Positions 35,001 through 40,663 of a DNA stretch of 40,663 nt are shown piece by piece. The stretch comes from a virus (lineage: Duplodnaviria > Caudoviricetes): IMG/VR virus record IMGVR_UViG_3300006929_000037, positions 1-40,663 of that record; one strand, written 5' to 3'. The notes below the pieces were generated by a model, which was given only the letters and a program-made list of their open reading frames with translations, did no database searches and was not told the origin of the DNA. The stretch's first letter is position 1; every line of letters starts with the position of its first letter. The position numbers were made by a program, and so were the translations under genes.

Positions 35001-38000
35001 AAACAGATATAGTTAATTATTCTATAGGAGACAGGGTTGCTACTAAGCAAGAAGTTGTTGAATTGTTAAATAACGATGAATATATTGGTGCTGTAAAAAG
35101 GGGAGATAAAGAGTTTGATGTTCAAGTTTATGGTAAAGATGATTTAGTAAATAATTTAATAAACGAAAAACTTGGTAAACAGGTTGATGTAACAAAAATA
35201 ACACAAGAACAAAAAGACTCATATAAAGAAGTTGATGAAAATGAACTTAATAAAACAAAAGAGGATATATCTATACAGCTAAAACAAGAGCAAGATAACT
35301 TAAATAAACTAGAGGAACAAGACCCTAACAGGGAAGATATTTCTGAAAAAATAGGTTTATTAGAAGGCAAACAAAAAAGTTTGGCTTTTTATGAGAGTTC
35401 AGTCCCAGGTGAAAATATAGAAAGAAACTTTATTGAAGATGGAGACTATTATATATTAACAGCAGAAAACCCAGGAGCAGTAAATTTATCTAAGGAGGAA
35501 AATGTTAAAAGAAACCAAGGTCTTGTTTCTCAACTAGAATTATTACAGCAAGGAAATCCAAATTTAAAGTTCACAACAGTACCTGGTTATTATTTTCAAG
35601 AAGAACAATCTTTTATAGTAGAAGGGTTAACTATTGATCAGGCTTTACAATTAGGAAAAGACTTGCAGCAAGAGTCTGTTGTGTCTAATAAACATGGTCT
35701 TTTATATATGGATGGCACTGTTAATCCTAGAATGGATAAAGGTATAGAGTATGGTAATCCAGTATTAGAAGAACAAACATTTTCTGTTGCTACTATTGAT
35801 GGGAAAAAACAAGCATTTAAAATTCCTATTGATTTTACAAATAGAGTACCTTTTACAAACATAGAAGAAATTCATGGTGAGCTTGACCCAACACTTGAGG
35901 AACTAATAGGTGTTAGCCAAATGGGATTTATGGAGGGTCTTAACTTTGATCCGACTACAATGTCTTTTGTAAATAGAAGTGTTTCTTTAAAACATTACTA
36001 TGTTGGCAAAATGTTATCTAATAGACTTGAAGAACAAAGGCTACAGGCAAAAGGAGATGTAGATAAAATAAAAGATCTTTTAAGGCCAGCCGAAAAAGCA
36101 AACAGAAGTTATGTTATGTCTATGGTTTCTAGACTAAAGCAAGCCATACCTAATGTAAAAGTTATTTATAATCAAGATGAATTTAATAAGGTATCAGAAA
36201 AAGAAGGTGGAACTCAGCTTGATAGAGGGTTTGTTGCAAAAGGTGGAGTTATATATTTAAACCCATCAACTGTAACAAAAGATACAGCTGTGCATGAGTT
36301 TGGACACATATATGTATCTGCTTTAAGAGTTTCTGAAAACGAACAAGATAAAGCATTATATCAAAAAGGCATTGACCTTATTGAAGGTACAGAGTACGAT
36401 GACTATGTAAAACAATTTTATTCAGAAAAATCAAGAGATAAGCAGCTAGAAGAAGCTTTGGTACAAGCCATAGGAGAAAGAGGTGCTAATATATTTGATG
36501 CTCAAAAAAAGAATTTAGTTACTTCATATGTCAATGAACTTATGAATTACATAAAATCTATGATGGGAATAAGACCAGAAGTAGATATTCAAAATGTAAA
36601 CCTTGAAACATTCTTAGATTATTCTGCAAAGTCTTTATTAGCAGGACAAGAGTTAAATGTAACAAAAGGACTTGTTAATCAAAAAGCAGCTAGAATAGCA
36701 AAAGAAGCACAAGACAATAAGCAAAAATTACCTTTTGAAATAAAAACAGGTAGTGACTTAAATATATACATGAATCAATATGTTGGACCATATGCTTCTC
36801 ATTTACTTTGGTCTCAACCTGATCTTTGGAAAGAAACAAAAACACCAAAAAGAAAAGGATTTAAAGGTATGATAGATGGCCTTAAATCTTATGCTAACTT
36901 TTCTAATCTTAAAAAACGAAAGTTTAATCAAGATATGGTTAATCTTTTTGGTAGTGATATAAAGAAAAAAATAAATACAGGCACGCACAAAGGTAAAACA
37001 CATTTAGATCGTGCATATGAGATTGCTGTTGATCAGCTTAGAAACTCTTATCAAAGGGTTGTAGATGGGTACTTCTTAACACCTCAAAATCTTGATATGC
37101 TTTATGGGTTAGGTTCAGATGTAAATGTTCCTGATGGATTTGGTAGAGGTAGTAAGATTCCTGCTTCACAATGGTATAATAATATTAAAGATTATTTTGA
37201 ACCATTTTTTGGTGAGGACATAGATACATTTTTAGATATAGTAACTATACTATCTGCTAACAATAAACTTGACACTAACATTAAAATGGCTTTTCAAACT
37301 TATATATCTTATAAATTAGGTGAGCCACTTTTAGGTAGACACACACCATTTGAAGTTGCTTCTATTGATGATTGGTTAAAGGTTGAGCCTGGTAGTGAAA
37401 TACAATATGCTTTACCAAACAAAAGTGGTAAAAATAAAAAACACAGAGGTATCCTTATAGGGCACAGCAGAAATGGCAGACAGGTCATTATGTATAAAAT
37501 GAACAAAGGAAAAAACGAGTGGAATAAAACAAAAACAAAAGTTAGAGTTGATAAGTCAGCTATGATAAATCCTGGCATGACTACAGACATAAAGCTAACA
37601 GACCCTAAGTTTATAAAAGCATTTAAAGGGGAGCCTTATGGAAATGAAAAACTTCAAAACTTTAGAAAAGCTATTGGTGGCAATTTAGATGCTGTTGTTT
37701 TAGATGTGTGGATGATGAGGGCATTTGGATTTGATACAGAAAACAGATCTAATCTTACAAGCTCTGATTATAGATTGTTTGAAACAATGATAAAACAAGA
37801 AGCTGAAAAAAGAAATATAAAACCAGCTGAGCTTCAAGCAGCTATATGGTTTGGTATTAGAGCTTCAGATTCAAATTTAAAACCAGCTACATATGAATCA
37901 TTCTTTAATGAGGTAATATCTGGGGTGCAGTTTGAAACAACAGATGGTAGGGTATTTAATATAAAAGACTTAATTAATATACCAGGCAAGAAACTCAAAA

Positions 38001-40663
38001 AAGGAGAACCAAAAGCTGACTTTACAGAAGGGGCTTTAGCAAAGCAATCTACAGTTTTAGGGTCAAATATTAATGATGCTCAAAATGATGTTGATTTCCA
38101 AAAAGAACCTACAGGTTTTTACGAATGGTTTGGTGATTCTAAATTAATAGAAAAAGATGGAACACCAAAAGTTTTTTACCATGGAACATCTCACGCTTTC
38201 AAAGCATTTAAAGAAAGTGGATTAAAGTTCTTTTCACCAGATCCTTTGTTTGCAGAGGACTACACTAAAACTTATAACTTTTCTAAAGCTGGTTATTATA
38301 GTGGTGGTAATATAATACCTGTTTATTTAAAAGCAGACAATCCATTTGATTTTGAAAATAAAAATCATGTAAAAGCTCTTTTAAAAGAAGTAAACATTCC
38401 TGTAAAAAAATTATCAACAGGAGACTGGATGACTCTTGAAGACAATAATGTTGTAGAGGCTATAAAAAAATTAGGGTTTGATGCTATGTTTATTTCTGAA
38501 AACAGATTAAGTCTAACAGCAGAACAAATATCAGCTGGTGTTAAAGCAACTAAAAATATAGCTATATTTGAACCACAGCAAGTTAGGTCTGTTTATAGAG
38601 AAGACTTTTCAGATATAGATAGCCCTATGTTCCAAAAAGCTGGTATAAATCCAGATAGGTCTACAGACCTTGATATACAAATACCAGGTGAAGTATTTAA
38701 TGAGATTGACTTTCAGAAGGGTATACCATTACCAGAGAATCCAGAATCACATAAAACATGGGAATCTTTTGAAAATAGATTTAAAAGAAACGATGTAAAA
38801 ATGTCATTTGGTTCTAGAGTTGCTGCTCTTATTACAAAGACTGAGCATTTGTTTTTTAGTGCTCAAGCTCCAACATATAAAGCAATAATTAAAAGTGCTG
38901 AGAGTGCAATGGGTAGAAACTTATCAAAAGAAGAAAAATCACAGATTATGGAAACTGCAACACAAGCCATAATTAAAAGAAACTTAGTTGCAGGAGCTAC
39001 ACCATCAGCTAAAAAAGAAATTAAAAAAGCTTTTGATGCTATATATAAATCACCTACTAAGTTTGGTAGAAGAAGCATTAGCACAAAAGATGAAATGTAT
39101 TTAAATCAAATAATAGAAATTAGAAGAATACAACAACTAGACAAAGATTACGATGAAAGAGGTGAAAAAAGATTAAAACACCCAAATAATCAGACATCGG
39201 AAGGAGCTACAGTTTATTTAAATGAATTAAAAAATAACCTTGGGGAAGAAAAGTTTAATGACTTAAATAGAAGAGCAGATTTATACTTTTCAGAATTTGG
39301 AAAAATATTGCAAATAAAATATGATAATGGATTAATTTCAAAAACAGCTTATGATAGACTGTCAAAGCTAGATTATAGTCCTAGATTTTTTATGGAGCAC
39401 ATGTTTGAAAACGAGCAAGATAATAGTTTGGGTCGTGGTATGACTGTAGAAACTTTAAAGAAACTTGATAAGGGAAGCATAGATAATTTATTTAATGATT
39501 CAAGGTGGCTTCTTCAAACATCTATTCTTTCTGTAAATAAATCTGTTTTTGCAAATGATGCTAATAAAGCACTAGCTAATTTAATAGCTTCAAACCCTGA
39601 AAAAATGGGTGACTTAGGTTATGTTATTCCAGTTACAAAACAAGGAAAATTTAATCCAGTTAAAGAAGGCTATAGTATATTAAGGTACTACGAAAATGGA
39701 GTTGAAAAGAGAGTTGGTTTAAAAGATGAAGTTTCTGCATACTGGAATACTCAAGATCCTTTAATAAAACAAGGAGTTGCTCATTATATTAGAATTGCTA
39801 TGGGTGGTTTTGTTTTAAGGACAATGGCTACAGGTATTAATATAGCGTTTGCTTTTGCTAACTTGCCAAGAGATATAGCTCATGTATTGACATTTACAGA
39901 TAATTATAGTAAGTTTTTACCTGTTGCTTTAGCTCAATTAGGGTTTGATTATAAAAACATTATAACTGATTCTGTTAGAAGAACAGGTCAGTATGAGGAT
40001 TATATAAATGAAGGAGGTGGTATGGATTTATTAAGCATACAGGGGAGGCCTATAAGAGAAGGAGGAACTAAGTTTTATCAAGCTCGTAAAAAACAATTAG
40101 AGGATAAAGGTTTATATGCGAGAGAAACAGAGTTTGAAAAAGGAGTTGATGCTGTATATAATGCATTAGGATATATAAATGAAACTAGTGAGATAATTAC
40201 TAGGTTAGCTGTTAGGAGAAGACATCTAAATAAATTAAGAAAACAATATGTTGAAGATAATGGCTTAGAAAATGAATCTGAAATATCAGCTGATGTTTTA
40301 AAAGAGTTAGGTAAAAAGGCAACTCATAAAGCTAGAGAGTATATGGACTTTTCACAGGGAGGAGTTTTATCAAAAGCTGTTGACAACTTTATACCATATT
40401 TTAATGCTTCAATGCAAGCATTTAGGGTAGCAGCTAATTATGTAAAAGAAAATCCAAAGACATTTTTATTTAAAGGAGTTCAAGTTATGGCTATGGCTAG
40501 TGGGTTAACTTCTTATAATTTAAGCTTTAAAGATGAAGATGAAGAAGGAAATATAATTTTTGATTATGATAAAATTTCTCCATATGTAAAAAGAAATAAT
40601 TTTATTATTTTTCTTCCCATGAAGAGAAAAAATGAATTAGGAGAAATTGAAAGGGCTTACTTA
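32021..40663 (+). CDS. Giant polyvalent / internal virion protein, 3'-truncated (>2880 aa): DUF3293-like, zincin peptidase, HhH-glycosylase-like, ADP-ribosyltransferase and LPD38-like regions
   Basis: ATG at 32021 (MVDKLHEKL...); spot-checked motifs are all in one frame and the track lists no closed plus-strand ORF here; ILTAENP (~35453), HEFGH (36293), VVLDVWMMRA...LQAAIW (~37694-37849), WFGDSK...YHGT (38126-38188), DFSQGG...IPYFNA (40346). Confidence 0.88.
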   Translation, partial: MVDKLHEKLSLDPNYSDVGTLSQFRDFLTDAENARSIYNAIETNKDYTTFTRGDFNAFFSDVKKKDLDGSTSGLVAGGSEQSGPRFQSSKEIIAEAGPTFKGGVTKVMFLDPSNPYSLAPGKYIQQGNKIYNMLGVEVFEVAPDNAIPIKPQDIDESLFNTKVVKKFQIGGFITPGGGASGAIFDDGMMFVEENSQDPDLLEVSYNIGKEERDEEKETKKEEEEEKKKIDLSNQVTSSERQEFSNFLARENWTTYQDQVKGYINRTYSSQEIKEFEDEGSNWWNKETNPGVDAPEITLPPSKKKIVDDFISENFTEGQLKGIDLREFSFFLDRKGFSEKGILFDKSVFVDDKKKYELVNEFLGSKMQVVDNDRNILNARLELTPNIEEYTEKLDSLDNLNQTIQGIIKKYNLTPDDQGMLVATNPDTVIDPNDIALFEKTSNIYNETVNRLNEIDPNKNIPKLYNSLLTNETEENDVKSGWQNVNIQEFPLYYKETQNQLAVDRKYADIKENGSLVKQKFYNFKRGIGALGESLNRSVFSTAAAITNAATYLQKLYGSTTESLGLGGVGASFDDGLYSSGEFFSDLFTRQAEKNIFMEPSQKMFQRGHMITGSDGNQYYVSENKQGEIRAYDPNKVERFVGKDLMKELSEGYALKEFNKEPLIGKRDWFATVPNSIEAAGTLFYLMYTGRVFQKGLEKTFSKAISKNSGLIVSSYLLTENDLYRRAVEEGLSETEANAFSTSASLSIALLELINPNYKILGGADNQVVNNALAAFTKARSKGSKNLISLTKETKKGAKLKFDYKTSLVNAKKEVSDVIFRSVPLEVAQELSQTISESANEILFREATGKDVFDPAISSDEFAETAVLTAGAVIVARSGNIASSLKDTKNSRSWWDYAASNYDKLENQVALDIENGLYDAQTGFDLMANVFAYKIAAKKIPTGIPDDLKMEATALQVEIDKLEKQKEGKNAAVVLQLQGEIQDLEKQLSNVLGSKTDIVNYSIGDRVATKQEVVELLNNDEYIGAVKRGDKEFDVQVYGKDDLVNNLINEKLGKQVDVTKITQEQKDSYKEVDENELNKTKEDISIQLKQEQDNLNKLEEQDPNREDISEKIGLLEGKQKSLAFYESSVPGENIERNFIEDGDYYILTAENPGAVNLSKEENVKRNQGLVSQLELLQQGNPNLKFTTVPGYYFQEEQSFIVEGLTIDQALQLGKDLQQESVVSNKHGLLYMDGTVNPRMDKGIEYGNPVLEEQTFSVATIDGKKQAFKIPIDFTNRVPFTNIEEIHGELDPTLEELIGVSQMGFMEGLNFDPTTMSFVNRSVSLKHYYVGKMLSNRLEEQRLQAKGDVDKIKDLLRPAEKANRSYVMSMVSRLKQAIPNVKVIYNQDEFNKVSEKEGGTQLDRGFVAKGGVIYLNPSTVTKDTAVHEFGHIYVSALRVSENEQDKALYQKGIDLIEGTEYDDYVKQFYSEKSRDKQLEEALVQAIGERGANIFDAQKKNLVTSYVNELMNYIKSMMGIRPEVDIQNVNLETFLDYSAKSLLAGQELNVTKGLVNQKAARIAKEAQDNKQKLPFEIKTGSDLNIYMNQYVGPYASHLLWSQPDLWKETKTPKRKGFKGMIDGLKSYANFSNLKKRKFNQDMVNLFGSDIKKKINTGTHKGKTHLDRAYEIAVDQLRNSYQRVVDGYFLTPQNLDMLYGLGSDVNVPDGFGRGSKIPASQWYNNIKDYFEPFFGEDIDTFLDIVTILSANNKLDTNIKMAFQTYISYKLGEPLLGRHTPFEVASIDDWLKVEPGSEIQYALPNKSGKNKKHRGILIGHSRNGRQVIMYKMNKGKNEWNKTKTKVRVDKSAMINPGMTTDIKLTDPKFIKAFKGEPYGNEKLQNFRKAIGGNLDAVVLDVWMMRAFGFDTENRSNLTSSDYRLFETMIKQEAEKRNIKPAELQAAIWFGIRASDSNLKPATYESFFNEVISGVQFETTDGRVFNIKDLINIPGKKLKKGEPKADFTEGALAKQSTVLGSNINDAQNDVDFQKEPTGFYEWFGDSKLIEKDGTPKVFYHGTSHAFKAFKESGLKFFSPDPLFAEDYTKTYNFSKAGYYSGGNIIPVYLKADNPFDFENKNHVKALLKEVNIPVKKLSTGDWMTLEDNNVVEAIKKLGFDAMFISENRLSLTAEQISAGVKATKNIAIFEPQQVRSVYREDFSDIDSPMFQKAGINPDRSTDLDIQIPGEVFNEIDFQKGIPLPENPESHKTWESFENRFKRNDVKMSFGSRVAALITKTEHLFFSAQAPTYKAIIKSAESAMGRNLSKEEKSQIMETATQAIIKRNLVAGATPSAKKEIKKAFDAIYKSPTKFGRRSISTKDEMYLNQIIEIRRIQQLDKDYDERGEKRLKHPNNQTSEGATVYLNELKNNLGEEKFNDLNRRADLYFSEFGKILQIKYDNGLISKTAYDRLSKLDYSPRFFMEHMFENEQDNSLGRGMTVETLKKLDKGSIDNLFNDSRWLLQTSILSVNKSVFANDANKALANLIASNPEKMGDLGYVIPVTKQGKFNPVKEGYSILRYYENGVEKRVGLKDEVSAYWNTQDPLIKQGVAHYIRIAMGGFVLRTMATGINIAFAFANLPRDIAHVLTFTDNYSKFLPVALAQLGFDYKNIITDSVRRTGQYEDYINEGGGMDLLSIQGRPIREGGTKFYQARKKQLEDKGLYARETEFEKGVDAVYNALGYINETSEIITRLAVRRRHLNKLRKQYVEDNGLENESEISADVLKELGKKATHKAREYMDFSQGGVLSKAVDNFIPYFNASMQAFRVAANYVKENPKTFLFKGVQVMAMASGLTSYNLSFKDEDEEGNIIFDYDKISPYVKRNNFIIFLPMKRKNELGEIERAYL

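Noticed and set aside
3858-39084. Numerous antisense or alternate-frame ORFs in the track (e.g. 3858-4154, 5994-6278, 10579-10881, 16134-16433, 20397-20960, 28206-28556, 32803-33177, 37309-37590)
   Set aside because: Fully nested in well-supported genes; S/L/F/I-rich shadow translations with no motifs
1-40663. CRISPR array, tRNA/rRNA genes, integrase/transposase, DGR, introns/inteins, stop-codon reassignment
   Set aside because: No repeat-spacer pattern, no cloverleaf seen in the short gaps, no RT/recombinase motifs, TerL and capsid are uninterrupted, and the standard code gives full coding density with TAA, TAG and TGA all used as stops

Overview
An AT-rich, densely coding segment of a tailed dsDNA phage, most likely a podovirus of a marine Bacteroidota (flavobacterial) host. 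The host call rests on TAnnTTTG promoter elements in most intergenic gaps, A-rich leaders without Shine-Dalgarno sequences, Gln-after-cleavage signal peptides and a T9SS-like sorting tail. The left arm (1-10154, minus strand) carries tail-fibre/structural genes, then a DUF5675 lysis gene followed by an envelope cassette (outer-membrane barrel-like, TM coiled-coil, Cys-less thioredoxin fold, T9SS-CTD protein, 2-TM protein). Further left are small very basic proteins with an HExxH peptidase, a thermonuclease, a degenerate amidase and a wHTH protein. A non-coding control region (325-815) holds a dif-like XerC/D site and an IHF-consensus site, and a duplicated non-host promoter-like motif precedes the leftmost genes. 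The right arm (10253-end, plus strand) carries Nmad1/DUF1599-like, GroES-like, TerS, TerL, portal, scaffold, major capsid, ring/adaptor proteins, a 1957-aa tail protein and two probable ejection proteins. It ends in a >2880-aa ORF missing from the ORF track (32021 to window end): a polyvalent protein with DUF3293-like, zincin, HhH-glycosylase-like, ADP-ribosyltransferase and LPD38-like regions. The most notable signal is a set of short peptide tags (N-terminal M[AP][KR]A[IVL], K[YF]xxGG, GLLIVK) shared between the basic-protein/peptidase cluster and the distant ejection proteins, suggesting a capsid-cargo addressing/processing system. All family names are from motif recognition by eye, not database searches.
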